This document shows, one piece after another, positions 1-8,620 of a DNA stretch of 52,437 nucleotides (position 1 is the stretch's first letter; every line of letters begins with the position of its first letter). The notes below the pieces were generated by a model. The model had not been told where the DNA came from, made no database searches, and saw only the letters and a program-made list of their open reading frames with translations. The translations under genes and the position numbers were made by a program. The stretch comes from a virus. Taxonomy: Duplodnaviria > Caudoviricetes. The stretch spans positions 1 through 52,437 of IMG/VR virus record IMGVR_UViG_3300032242_002237; one strand, 5' to 3'.

Positions 1-2
1 AA

Positions 3-92
3 GCACAGCATCCTGACGATATCGCCAGGGCTGACATGGACAAGAAAAAGATCGTTGGCGGCTTGGCCACTGTCAAGGACATGTTCCGATGA
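3..92 (+). CDS. 3' end of a hypothetical protein (truncated by window start)
   Basis: Open frame ...QHPDDIARADMDKKKIVGGLATVKDMFR*; its TGA overlaps the next ATG (ATGA at 89-92). Confidence 0.6.
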   Translation, partial: AQHPDDIARADMDKKKIVGGLATVKDMFR

Positions 93-1243
93 AGATACAC
101 GAAATCATTGTAGAAAGCCGCCGTGTCATACGTGAAGGCATTGCGCATCCAGAAGATGCCATATTCTCACAGCCTGGTGTGCAAGGTGCCATGACCGAAG
201 TAGACAAGCTGGCAGCCATGGCAGTGAACCCAGAATCAACCACCATCAAGTGGGACGGCTTTCCTGCCTTGATATTTGGTCGTGACGTTGACGGACAGTT
301 GATTGTTTCGGACAAGCACATGTTTGACAAAAAGGATGGCTCGGGCCGAGTCAAGAGTCCTGAACAGTTCTTGCAGTATGATCAGAACCGTGGCGCCAAT
401 CGTGGCGACCCCAACAGCTTTGGTGGCAACTTGTACGACAAGATCAACACACTGTGGCCAGCACTGGAACAGGTGATACCACGCAACTTCCGCGGATTCT
501 ATTTTGGCGACTTGCTGTATGCAGGCAAACCTCCTGTGCAAGGCGGTTTCTTTGTGTTCAAGCCCAATGTGATCACCTACAAGGTCAAGCAAAACTCACC
601 AGCAGGCGCACACATTGCGGCCAGCCTGGGTGGCATAGCAGTACACACATTCATTCCTGGCATTGGCGAGCCTGATCGTCCACTCAATGGTCTAGGCGGC
701 CTACCTCCTGATGGACCCATATGGTTTGTCACAGGTGAAATGCCTGTGCCACAGGTCAAGATTGACACCAGCATGATCGCCAAGACCAAGAGCTTGATCA
801 GTAGCAACGAACAAGCAGTAGACAATCTCAAGACCAGCCTGGTAGGCATGAAAGCCAAGGGTGTGATAGATGCCATCAGTCCCTACATCACCAGCAAGAT
901 CACTGCTGGCAGTTTTGACAACATGCTGGCAGGCTTCTACAAGTTCCTTGAAACCAAGCTGAGTGAAAAGGCCAAGACCACGCTGTTGGCCAATGGACAG
1001 GGCTATCTCTACAAAGAAGGTGCCGCTGGCCTGAAAGCTGTGTTTGAGATCTGGGTGGCCATCTACAACCTCAAGCTCAACATCAAGAAACAGATCGACG
1101 GTCAACAGGCCACAGGCGACATACAAGCATTCACAGGCAACGATCCCGGCCACGAAGGTTACGTAGTGGGCGGCGGTGCTGACAAGATGAAACTGATAGA
1201 CAGGCTGGGCTTCAGCCGCGCAAACTTTACCAAGAACGGATAG
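89..1243 (+). CDS. Phage protein with ligase-like nucleotidyltransferase motifs (DUF6267-like); possible head-packaged protein
   Basis: 384 aa; TIKWDG (KxDG motif I-like), FYFGDLLY, HEGYVV (motif IV-like), KMKLIDR (motif V-like); N-terminus MKIHEIIVE|S. Confidence 0.55.
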   Translation: MKIHEIIVESRRVIREGIAHPEDAIFSQPGVQGAMTEVDKLAAMAVNPESTTIKWDGFPALIFGRDVDGQLIVSDKHMFDKKDGSGRVKSPEQFLQYDQNRGANRGDPNSFGGNLYDKINTLWPALEQVIPRNFRGFYFGDLLYAGKPPVQGGFFVFKPNVITYKVKQNSPAGAHIAASLGGIAVHTFIPGIGEPDRPLNGLGGLPPDGPIWFVTGEMPVPQVKIDTSMIAKTKSLISSNEQAVDNLKTSLVGMKAKGVIDAISPYITSKITAGSFDNMLAGFYKFLETKLSEKAKTTLLANGQGYLYKEGAAGLKAVFEIWVAIYNLKLNIKKQIDGQQATGDIQAFTGNDPGHEGYVVGGGADKMKLIDRLGFSRANFTKNG

Positions 1244-1244
1244 C

Positions 1245-1799
1245 ATGCTGAAATTCATACAAGGTGAACTGGTAGAAGCGGCAATGATGCGCAGTCCCAT
1301 CAGCATAGGGCCGCGCAATCCTCGTGAGCTGGCCAAGATACTGTACCTGGCCCTGCTGTGTGTGGAGATCCTGCGCACAGAAGATCCTGACCTGGCTCGG
1401 CACTATGCCAAGCTGACCATCAACTTTGGTGACTTTGATCACATGCGAGCCAGCACCACAGACACAGCCAACCTCATTGCCATACTCAGCAACCAGGACA
1501 AGTACGAAGAGTACATGAAGCCTGACTATGACATATCAGCTCCCATACTGCTGATCAAGGCCTATCTGCGCGGTGTGTGGCAGGACACCTACAGCCACAG
1601 CCTCACACAAGCATTCTTCCTGCGCTTGGAAAATGTCTTGATGATCGACGATTCCACCCTGCGCTCTGCACGTAGATCCATCATGCAGTGGCCCTTGGAA
1701 AGCCCCATGGAACAGCATCTCACAATGAGTAATATGCGCAGAGAACTAGCCAGCCGTGCCATACGCCTGGATATTGGCGTGGATCTTCTCAATAGTTGA
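1245..1799 (+). CDS. Hypothetical phage protein
   Basis: 184 aa ORF starting 1 nt after the upstream stop. Confidence 0.7.
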   Translation: MLKFIQGELVEAAMMRSPISIGPRNPRELAKILYLALLCVEILRTEDPDLARHYAKLTINFGDFDHMRASTTDTANLIAILSNQDKYEEYMKPDYDISAPILLIKAYLRGVWQDTYSHSLTQAFFLRLENVLMIDDSTLRSARRSIMQWPLESPMEQHLTMSNMRRELASRAIRLDIGVDLLNS

Positions 1800-1818
1800 A
1801 GTTTTTTGCTGCCAATCA

Positions 1819-1824
1819 TAAATA
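1819..1824 (+). promoter_or_regulatory. Putative late promoter (TAAATA)
   Basis: ATAAATA resembling T4 late consensus TATAAATA, upstream of SD AGGAG and ATG 1864. Confidence 0.6.
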
Positions 1825-1863
1825 TTTACATGCGCAAATGCGCTACATATTAGGAGAAATAAA

Positions 1864-2250
1864 ATGGCAGTCTTTACACGAGTAAATGGTTCCGCAGGTA
1901 CACGTTCTTTGAACGGTGGCTTGCCAGCAAACAGTTCACAATCAGGCGTTAGCGTCAAGCTATACTTGATCACTGTTAAAAACGTTTCTGCTTCTGCACA
2001 GTCTTTGGCTGGCGAAACAGGTTCAGGTGGCGCACTAGAAGCCATCATGAGAGCACTACCAAGTGGTCCACTAGTCTATAGCCCAGCTAATGACACATCA
2101 GGTGTTATCAGTGTTGTTATGGATGGCCACTCAGCACCAGCCGCTTCTGTGATCCAAACAGCACTTCGTGCATTGGGCACAAGCGTTGGTACAGGTATTG
2201 ACGTTTCAGGTACCACAGTTGCTGACGGTACTGTAATCACAGTATCTTAA
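1864..2250 (+). CDS. Small Ser/Gly/Val/Thr-rich protein, probably an abundant virion structural protein
   Basis: 128 aa; strong SD (TAGGAG); own late promoter and terminator; visibly T/A-ending codon preference (GTT, GGT, TCA, ACT). Confidence 0.6.
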   Translation: MAVFTRVNGSAGTRSLNGGLPANSSQSGVSVKLYLITVKNVSASAQSLAGETGSGGALEAIMRALPSGPLVYSPANDTSGVISVVMDGHSAPAASVIQTALRALGTSVGTGIDVSGTTVADGTVITVS

Positions 2251-2292
2251 TAGCTTCGTCGTTTACAATTATTTTTTAGTTGTAGAAACAGG

Positions 2293-2318
2293 AAAGGCAC
2301 TTTTACAGTGCCTTTTTT
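2293..2318 (+). terminator. Intrinsic terminator
   Basis: AAAGGCAC-ttttaca-GTGCCTTT followed by a T-tract. Confidence 0.85.
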
Positions 2319-2336
2319 GTTGGCGGTAAATACTGC

Positions 2337-2801
2337 ATGGCCAGGATCATAAACCTCTCAGACAAGCATATCACAGGGTTTACCTTGGTTGATATCACTC
2401 CCACTGGCATGACTCGTGATCCTGGCGTCAACAGCCTGTCACGCAATCAACAGCGCAACTGGGAAACAGTGATACAGTGCATAGGACTGCGAGCACAGCC
2501 CATGAACCTACAGTGTTTCAGCCCTGACAACAGGATGGAACTAGAGGATCTCAAGGACTGGGAATTTGGTGAAATGTACACCGGTCGGCACAAGATATGG
2601 GCGTTTTCATTCATGGTCGAGCACAGCAATGTGTTTGCACAGGGCAACGATCCACTGAAGCTGTTGGACGACAGCTTTGATGAAGTGCCTGTGACCACGT
2701 ACCTGACCGAAACAGCCAAGTTCATACTGCCGGTGTTTTACACTTCGGGTGCAATCAAAAACATATATTTTAAGATTGGCAGTTTGAAGTTAAATAGCTA
2801 A
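2337..2801 (+). CDS. Hypothetical phage protein
   Basis: 154 aa; TAAATA at 2327-2332 only 4 nt before the ATG. Confidence 0.7.
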   Translation: MARIINLSDKHITGFTLVDITPTGMTRDPGVNSLSRNQQRNWETVIQCIGLRAQPMNLQCFSPDNRMELEDLKDWEFGEMYTGRHKIWAFSFMVEHSNVFAQGNDPLKLLDDSFDEVPVTTYLTETAKFILPVFYTSGAIKNIYFKIGSLKLNS

Positions 2802-2904
2802 TAGAACAAAGAAGATGCAGGTCATCCATTTGGCACATATTAAGGCTCATTATTAAGGCACATCAAACAACGCATCTCGCATAATAACGAGATTGGATTA
2901 AAAA

Positions 2905-3162
2905 GTGGCAACGGATATCGAAAAAAAGAGCCTTGAAGCGCACGTCGAACTGTGTGCAGAAAGGTACACGAAGTTGGAAACGAAACTTAACAACGTAGAA
3001 GCCAAAGTTGAAAAACTTGAGGAGCACGTTGTCGCCATCCGTGAAGCATTGGCCGGATCCAGCGACAAACAAAGCAAGCAGTTGATAGCCATCGGCACTG
3101 CTATTGTATCCGTGCTGATCACAGGTTTGATCACTGTGATAGTACACCTAGTCAGCAAGTAA
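2905..3162 (+). CDS. Small coiled-coil protein with C-terminal transmembrane helix (holin/XhlA-like topology)
   Basis: 85 aa, GTG start; heptads LETKLNNVEAKVEKLE, then hydrophobic LIAIGTAIVSVLITGLITVIV. Confidence 0.55.
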   Translation: MATDIEKKSLEAHVELCAERYTKLETKLNNVEAKVEKLEEHVVAIREALAGSSDKQSKQLIAIGTAIVSVLITGLITVIVHLVSK

Positions 3163-3164
3163 GT

Positions 3165-3377
3165 ATGAAAATAATCGAGGTCACCCAAGGGCTACTGATG
3201 CCCATCACAAACGAAGAGGCTGATCTCGTATCAAAGTTCCGTGAAGGAAATAGCATATCCAAGTCGGATCTGGATCCACGTGAAACACTGGTGGCCAACA
3301 ATCTCGTAAACAGAGATGTGCTGTTGAGGAAAAATCAAGATGGTCGCATCACTTACTACAAAAAAACACAAACCTAA
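3165..3377 (+). CDS. Hypothetical phage protein
   Basis: 70 aa, tightly packed; starts MKIIEV. Confidence 0.65.
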   Translation: MKIIEVTQGLLMPITNEEADLVSKFREGNSISKSDLDPRETLVANNLVNRDVLLRKNQDGRITYYKKTQT

Positions 3378-3945
3378 AACCAAGAAAAAGTTCAACCGGC
3401 AGGTCTTTGAACGTGCTAAACAGCAAGCCACGGCTGAAGCACTGACAGAAGTCATGGCCCGATTCTTCACGCACTGGAGCCGGCAACAGCTGGACCAGCT
3501 GGCAACTGCACAGGAGTTCGTGTGCATAGATCTAGCACGAGATTTCTACCAGGTGGGCAAATACAGCCTGGAGAAACGTGCCGAGAACAGCTGGATCGTG
3601 CGTGATAAGTACAACGAGGTCCTGCATGACTTTTATCACAGGCAAGCGGCAGTTCTATGGTGCTTGCACGAAACACGTGGTATGTTCCAGAAAGCAAGAG
3701 AGTTCTTGAACAACGACAAGCGATATGGATTCATGCAAGATCAGGTGATTGAGTTTTCCGCTAAACTCAAGCAGGCAATGGAAAAACATGACGGATTCCG
3801 CCAAGATCTGTACCTGGCTCGACTGAGCTGGACATATCCTATGTTGGAAGAGGTCCGTAATAATCTACAAAAAACTATTACAGCGGCTAAATACTCTAAA
3901 GCCTTCGGGGAAAAGAAAAATGAAACTGCAAGAACTCGCAACTAG
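3340..3945 (+). CDS. Hypothetical phage protein
   Basis: 201 aa ORF overlapping both neighbours. Confidence 0.65.
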   Translation: MVASLTTKKHKPKTKKKFNRQVFERAKQQATAEALTEVMARFFTHWSRQQLDQLATAQEFVCIDLARDFYQVGKYSLEKRAENSWIVRDKYNEVLHDFYHRQAAVLWCLHETRGMFQKAREFLNNDKRYGFMQDQVIEFSAKLKQAMEKHDGFRQDLYLARLSWTYPMLEEVRNNLQKTITAAKYSKAFGEKKNETARTRN

Positions 3946-4636
3946 ACCATCAAGTCTTAGAATCAACAAAGTTAACGAAAGTCGCTTTGGATTCGCCATT
4001 GATTACAGGAAGTTGACACTGCCAAAAGCACGATCACTCAGCGTCACGCTAGGTGAAAACCTACAAAAGCTGAAACAGAGCTTTGGTATCCACAGTGCAG
4101 AAAAGAATCCACGCTACATGGAATTGCTCATGGTGCGTGAAGGTCTCAACCGCTGGATCGAAGAAAATCGCACAGAATTGACTGAAAGTGAAATAGCAAA
4201 ATCTGGTGCCATCCTAGCGGCAAAAGACATCGTGGACAGCATGCAAGACATGTTGGAAGACATCAGCAAGATGCAGAACGAACAGATGCCTGCTTTGCTT
4301 GACACCATTCGCGATCAGATCGGTCAACCACAAGCTGATGCTTTCAAGCAAGCAGTCAGTCCAATCCTACAACAGCTGACACAGCAGTTGCAACAGGCTC
4401 GTGAAACAGCCGACGGCGCCGCTCGTAGCCTGGCTGGTGAACAAACAGCACAGCCAATGGACATGGGCGCACCTGCTCCAGACGCCATGGGCGGTATGGG
4501 CGCACCTGGTGCTGACATGGGCGGAGCACCTGCTCCAGACATGGGCAGTGACCTTGACGCAGATGCTGGTATCGAAACTGGCGCTGTTGATGCAGCCGCA
4601 GGTGGAAACAAAAGTCTCGGTCGAGACAAAAGGTAA
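3920..4636 (+). CDS. Possible prohead core/scaffold-type protein
   Basis: 238 aa; helical, Gln-rich, low-complexity DMGAPAP tail; MKLQEL start, internal ELTE|S; TAAATA at 3888-3893. Confidence 0.45.
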   Translation: MKLQELATRPSSLRINKVNESRFGFAIDYRKLTLPKARSLSVTLGENLQKLKQSFGIHSAEKNPRYMELLMVREGLNRWIEENRTELTESEIAKSGAILAAKDIVDSMQDMLEDISKMQNEQMPALLDTIRDQIGQPQADAFKQAVSPILQQLTQQLQQARETADGAARSLAGEQTAQPMDMGAPAPDAMGGMGAPGADMGGAPAPDMGSDLDADAGIETGAVDAAAGGNKSLGRDKR

Positions 4637-4640
4637 CACC

Positions 4641-5036
4641 ATGCGCATCAGAGAGTTCGCACAGGACTCAAATGATAGCGAACTAAAGTCAGCTATCATT
4701 GGTGTATTGGAATTCGTGCGCAACCGTGCGCACGACAAAAGACTCATGCCCAGCATAGGAACCATTGGTTTGATCAACATGGTCAACAACCAATTGCCTG
4801 GTTCCGGTCTCAACTACGCAACCTTGAAACAGATCTGTGACAGTGATCAAACACTGCAAGGACTGGTCACGGAAGTCAACAGAGACACTGTTGAGCTGGC
4901 ACCATTCGGCGACGAGCCAGATGCTCCCAAAGAACCCGAAGACAGCACAGCCGGTGGCGGCAGTGCCAAAGATCCCACAGCCATAGTGGACAAGATGGCC
5001 AAAAAAGCCTCAGCCAAAAGAGATAGCCTAGCTTGA
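4641..5036 (+). CDS. Hypothetical phage protein (start re-assigned to MRIREF)
   Basis: ATG 4 nt after the upstream stop; the longer 4401 start would overlap the previous gene. Confidence 0.65.
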   Translation: MRIREFAQDSNDSELKSAIIGVLEFVRNRAHDKRLMPSIGTIGLINMVNNQLPGSGLNYATLKQICDSDQTLQGLVTEVNRDTVELAPFGDEPDAPKEPEDSTAGGGSAKDPTAIVDKMAKKASAKRDSLA

Positions 5037-5061
5037 CACTTTGACGTAAATACTCTATAAT
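5033..5061 (+). promoter_or_regulatory. sigma70-type promoter with nested late TAAATA
   Basis: TTGACA(5033)-17 bp-TATAAT(5056); TAAATA at 5047. Confidence 0.85.
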
Positions 5062-5071
5062 AAGGAGTATC

Positions 5072-5458
5072 ATGGCGTATTCAAACAAAGTAATAGATCA
5101 TTATGAGAACCCACGCAATGTGGGTTCCTTTGCCAAAGAAGAATCTGGCATTGGAACCGGCATGGTGGGCGCCCCTGCTTGTGGCGACGTCATGAAACTA
5201 CAGATAAAGGTTGTAAATGGGATCATCCAAGACGCAAAATTCAAAACATACGGATGTGGAAGTGCAATCGCAAGCTCAAGCCTTGTCACTGAGTGGGTCA
5301 AAGGAAAAACGCTTGACCAGGCACGAGAGATTTCTAATTCATCAATTGCTGAAGAACTTGCCCTTCCACCGGTTAAAATACATTGTTCAATACTTGCAGA
5401 AGATGCTATCAAAGCCGCAATAGAGGATTATAGAAAAAACAATGATCACAGTGAGTGA
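5072..5458 (+). CDS. iscU: Fe-S cluster scaffold IscU
   Basis: [48 protein letters not shown] (HscA-binding LPPVK). Confidence 0.97.
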   Translation: MAYSNKVIDHYENPRNVGSFAKEESGIGTGMVGAPACGDVMKLQIKVVNGIIQDAKFKTYGCGSAIASSSLVTEWVKGKTLDQAREISNSSIAEELALPPVKIHCSILAEDAIKAAIEDYRKNNDHSE

Positions 5459-5762
5459 AAAAGCTGCCGAACGCATACAGCGCATGCTGACCAAACGAGG
5501 CCATGGCATAGGCATTCGCCTGGGAGTCAACACAAGAGGTTGCTCTGGCATGAGTTATGTGTTAGAATACGTAGATGAACCACAGCCCGGCGATGACAAG
5601 ATCAGTGACAAAGGTGTCACTATCTTTGTGGACCCCAAGTCCACTTTATACCTACTCGGCACACAGGTGGATTGGCAACGTGAAGGACTCAATGAAGGCT
5701 TCAAGTTTGTCAATCCCAACGAGAAGGGCACCTGCGGTTGTGGAGAGAGCTTTCACATATAA
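5442..5762 (+). CDS. iscA: A-type Fe-S carrier IscA
   Basis: GCSGMSY and C-terminal [14 protein letters not shown]. Confidence 0.95.
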   Translation: MITVSEKAAERIQRMLTKRGHGIGIRLGVNTRGCSGMSYVLEYVDEPQPGDDKISDKGVTIFVDPKSTLYLLGTQVDWQREGLNEGFKFVNPNEKGTCGCGESFHI

Positions 5763-6472
5763 TGATAAATCCCAAGTACGACTATAAGCCCCTGGAACGA
5801 ACCACTCTGGAGGGCAAGAGACACTACTGCTTGCCTGACGGTAGCAAAGTGCCTTCAGTCACAACCATCCTGGATCGCACCAAACCAGCCGAAGCCAAAC
5901 AGGCACTGGAAAACTGGCGCAAAGCTGTGGGGCATGAACGTGCCCAAGCCATCACTACAGAAGCAGCCAATCGTGGCACCAGAATGCACAGCTACTTGGA
6001 ATCCTACATACTCAGTGATGACATGAAGCCATTGCCTACCAATCCCTATGCTCACCCGTCTTGGTTCATGGCCGCAGAAGTGATCCTCAAAGGACTCAGC
6101 AATGTAGACGAGTTTTGGGGATCAGAAGTGCCTGTGTATTATAGTGGGTTATATGCTGGCACCACTGACTGTGTGGGTGTGTGGAAGGGCCGTCCTGCTA
6201 TCATGGACTTCAAGCAGAGCAACAAGCCCAAGAAGGTGGAATGGATCAGTGACTATTTCATCCAGCTGGCAGCCTATGCAGAAGCACACAACAACACACA
6301 TGGCACTGACATAGACCAAGGTGTGATTTTGATGTGTGTACAGCCAAAATTGCAGGAAGACGGCACCTATACCACTCCACAATACCAGGAATTCGTCATC
6401 CAAGGAGACGAATTTGCCTACTGGAAACAAGAGTGGCTCAAGCGTGTTGAGTTGTACTACCTAATGAGCTAA
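5762..6472 (+). CDS. PD-(D/E)xK exonuclease (Cas4/MGME1-like phage nuclease)
   Basis: PSVTTIL, RGTRMH, E...AGTTD...IMDFK, YFIQLAAY; start at the TAATG overlap. Confidence 0.85.
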   Translation: MINPKYDYKPLERTTLEGKRHYCLPDGSKVPSVTTILDRTKPAEAKQALENWRKAVGHERAQAITTEAANRGTRMHSYLESYILSDDMKPLPTNPYAHPSWFMAAEVILKGLSNVDEFWGSEVPVYYSGLYAGTTDCVGVWKGRPAIMDFKQSNKPKKVEWISDYFIQLAAYAEAHNNTHGTDIDQGVILMCVQPKLQEDGTYTTPQYQEFVIQGDEFAYWKQEWLKRVELYYLMS

Positions 6473-6485
6473 ACCCTACAATGGG

Positions 6486-6515
6486 CTAAATACTCCATAC
6501 ACCAGGGGTATTTAG
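6486..6515 (+). promoter_or_regulatory. Late promoter inside an SD-occluding hairpin
   Basis: CTAAATACTCC-atacacca-GGGGTATTTAG; ATG at 6519. Confidence 0.65.
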
Positions 6516-6518
6516 AAA

Positions 6519-8147
6519 ATGGCCGTCGTACAAATATCAAGGATCCAGCAACGCCGTGGATTACAACAAGACTTACCACAGCTAGCCAGTGCTGAGCTGG
6601 GGTGGAGCATTGACACCCAGCAATTATACATCGGAAATGGTACCATCGCTGAAGGTGCGCCCAACATTGGCGTGACTGAAATTCTCACACAGAATTCAGA
6701 CCTGTTCAACATTGCTGGTGCTTACTCTTTCAGAGGTTCAGAGTCTGGCTATACCAGTCGTACTGGTCCCACAGCTGATGCACCCATCAGCCGTACATTG
6801 CAGTCCAAGTCTGACGAACTGGTCAGTGTGCGAGACTTTGGGGCCAAAGGTGATGGCGCCACTGACGACACAGCCGCTATCCAACGTGCCATTGATCAGA
6901 TCTTGTTTGGCAGCTTTTCACTGAGCCAGACACGCCTGCGTCGTGGTATAAAATTGCCAGCAGGCACTTATCTGCTGACGTCTTCTCTCAAGCTACCCAG
7001 CTGGGCTTTTCTCTATGGTGAAGGCAAGGACCGCACCACCATTGTGCAGACCAACGCACTGTTTCCTGTGATACAGTTGAAAGACAGTTTCTCTGCTGTG
7101 GACAGTTCCTACTACACACAGACTGGATCCAGTCCTGCTACCAACATCACTATCGAAGCCATGACCCTGCAGAACAACAATGCCACCACTGACATTGTGC
7201 ATCTTGACAGTTGCAAAAACATTGAATTCCTGCGTGTGCTGTTCCGTGGATCAGTGTCCAACAGCACATCAGCATCAGGTGCGCAGAGTGGCGTGAGCGC
7301 CATGCCAACCAATGCACCTGCTACCATACTGCCCACCATTGACAACATGGCATTCTTTGAGTGTGAATTCTACAACCTGAATCAGGCTGTGCAGGCCAAT
7401 GGTACCAACTATCGCGCCATTGGTTGCACATTTAGAAACATGAGTCGTGGCATTGTGTTTGACAATTCCACATCAGGTGTGGCCAGCCGCAACTTCAAGA
7501 TAATCAACAGCACCTTCCATGACATTGGCAGATCAGCTATCTATGTGAACACACCCGCAGTGACCACTGCCAGCTCGGTAATGAGTAGCATGAACCACTT
7601 TGGTGAAGTAGGCACTGCCTATGCAGGTGCCGGCAATGCTGTGTATCCTGTGATCAACTTTGTGAGCGGGTCAGGCAACTACAGCATCGCTGACAACTTC
7701 TGGCGCAACGATGCTGACCATAACCTAGTGCCAAGAGTATACACAGCATCTCGTTCGTTGAACATTGCCTTTGATGCCAATACTGGCATCAGCATGGGTA
7801 TGATGCTGACCACTACTGCTAGAACAGTGACACTGTCAGGCAACGTGGCTTCAGCCACACCAGTGGCACAGCTACCAGCTGGCACACCTGCAGGCACCAT
7901 CAACTATTGGTTGCGCAGAGACAACAGCTCATATCGTCGTGGGCAGATCGACTATGTCATAAATGGCACCACAGTGCAGTACACCGACGAGTATGCTGAA
8001 TATCCCAATGCCACCACTTTCCGATATCCTGGGCCTACTGGCATCACGTTCAGCGTGGCAACCACATCCGGCAACACATTCCTGTACTACACCAGTGACG
8101 TCAACGGTTATGGTAACGTAACTCTTTCCACCACCTCCTTCAGCTGA
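6519..8147 (+). CDS. Tail fibre/tailspike with pectate-lyase-like beta-helix
   Basis: N-terminal RIQQRRG..LPQLASAELGW.IDT.QLYIGNG fibre module; VSVRDFGAKGDGATDDTAAIQRAID beta-helix cap. Confidence 0.8.
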   Translation: MAVVQISRIQQRRGLQQDLPQLASAELGWSIDTQQLYIGNGTIAEGAPNIGVTEILTQNSDLFNIAGAYSFRGSESGYTSRTGPTADAPISRTLQSKSDELVSVRDFGAKGDGATDDTAAIQRAIDQILFGSFSLSQTRLRRGIKLPAGTYLLTSSLKLPSWAFLYGEGKDRTTIVQTNALFPVIQLKDSFSAVDSSYYTQTGSSPATNITIEAMTLQNNNATTDIVHLDSCKNIEFLRVLFRGSVSNSTSASGAQSGVSAMPTNAPATILPTIDNMAFFECEFYNLNQAVQANGTNYRAIGCTFRNMSRGIVFDNSTSGVASRNFKIINSTFHDIGRSAIYVNTPAVTTASSVMSSMNHFGEVGTAYAGAGNAVYPVINFVSGSGNYSIADNFWRNDADHNLVPRVYTASRSLNIAFDANTGISMGMMLTTTARTVTLSGNVASATPVAQLPAGTPAGTINYWLRRDNSSYRRGQIDYVINGTTVQYTDEYAEYPNATTFRYPGPTGITFSVATTSGNTFLYYTSDVNGYGNVTLSTTSFS

Positions 8148-8157
8148 TAAGTAGTTG

Positions 8158-8607
8158 ATGTGGAAATCAACTGTGTCCGACCGACTGGACAAATGGAAGT
8201 CGTTTCGTCATTCTCTCAACAACCTGCCAGTAGAACAAGCACTGGATGCCGTGGCCCAGTTCTGGATCCAGGCACCATTCACTCCCTATTACCTTGACCA
8301 TGAACGGCCAGATCTTTGGCCAGATCCATGGACCTTGATCGAAGAAAATTACTACTGTGATCTTGCAAAAGCCCTGGGCATCGTGTATACTCTATATCTA
8401 AGCGAACACAAAGGTTTGGAATTAAAACTGCGTATAATGAAAAGTTCCAGCAAAGAGCGTATCCAGTACAATTTAGTATTTGTTGACCAAGAGAAATATG
8501 TTCTTAATTTAGAACATGGAGAGGTAGTAAATAAAAAATCGATACCGCAAGATCTTGAACTTATCATCGAGTATGATAGAGACAGTTTGAAACTGGACCG
8601 ATTCTAA
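8158..8607 (+). CDS. Hypothetical phage protein
   Basis: ~149 aa Trp-rich ORF; TAAGTA at 8148, 4 nt before the ATG. Confidence 0.7.
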   Translation: MWKSTVSDRLDKWKSFRHSLNNLPVEQALDAVAQFWIQAPFTPYYLDHERPDLWPDPWTLIEENYYCDLAKALGIVYTLYLSEHKGLELKLRIMKSSSKERIQYNLVFVDQEKYVLNLEHGEVVNKKSIPQDLELIIEYDRDSLKLDRF

Positions 8608-8620
8608 AAACGAGGATTCA

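Noticed and set aside
4455-4550. Repeats of ATGGGCG(GAG)CACCTG(C/G)T
   Set aside because: In-frame DMGAPAP low-complexity coding repeat; no unique spacers, so not CRISPR.
4401-4640. N-terminal extension of ORF 4401-5036
   Set aside because: Overlaps the preceding gene; ATG 4641 is the plausible start.
5762-6472. Cas4-like nuclease as a sign of a CRISPR-Cas locus
   Set aside because: No array or other cas genes, and no four-Cys Fe-S motif; such exonucleases are common in phages.
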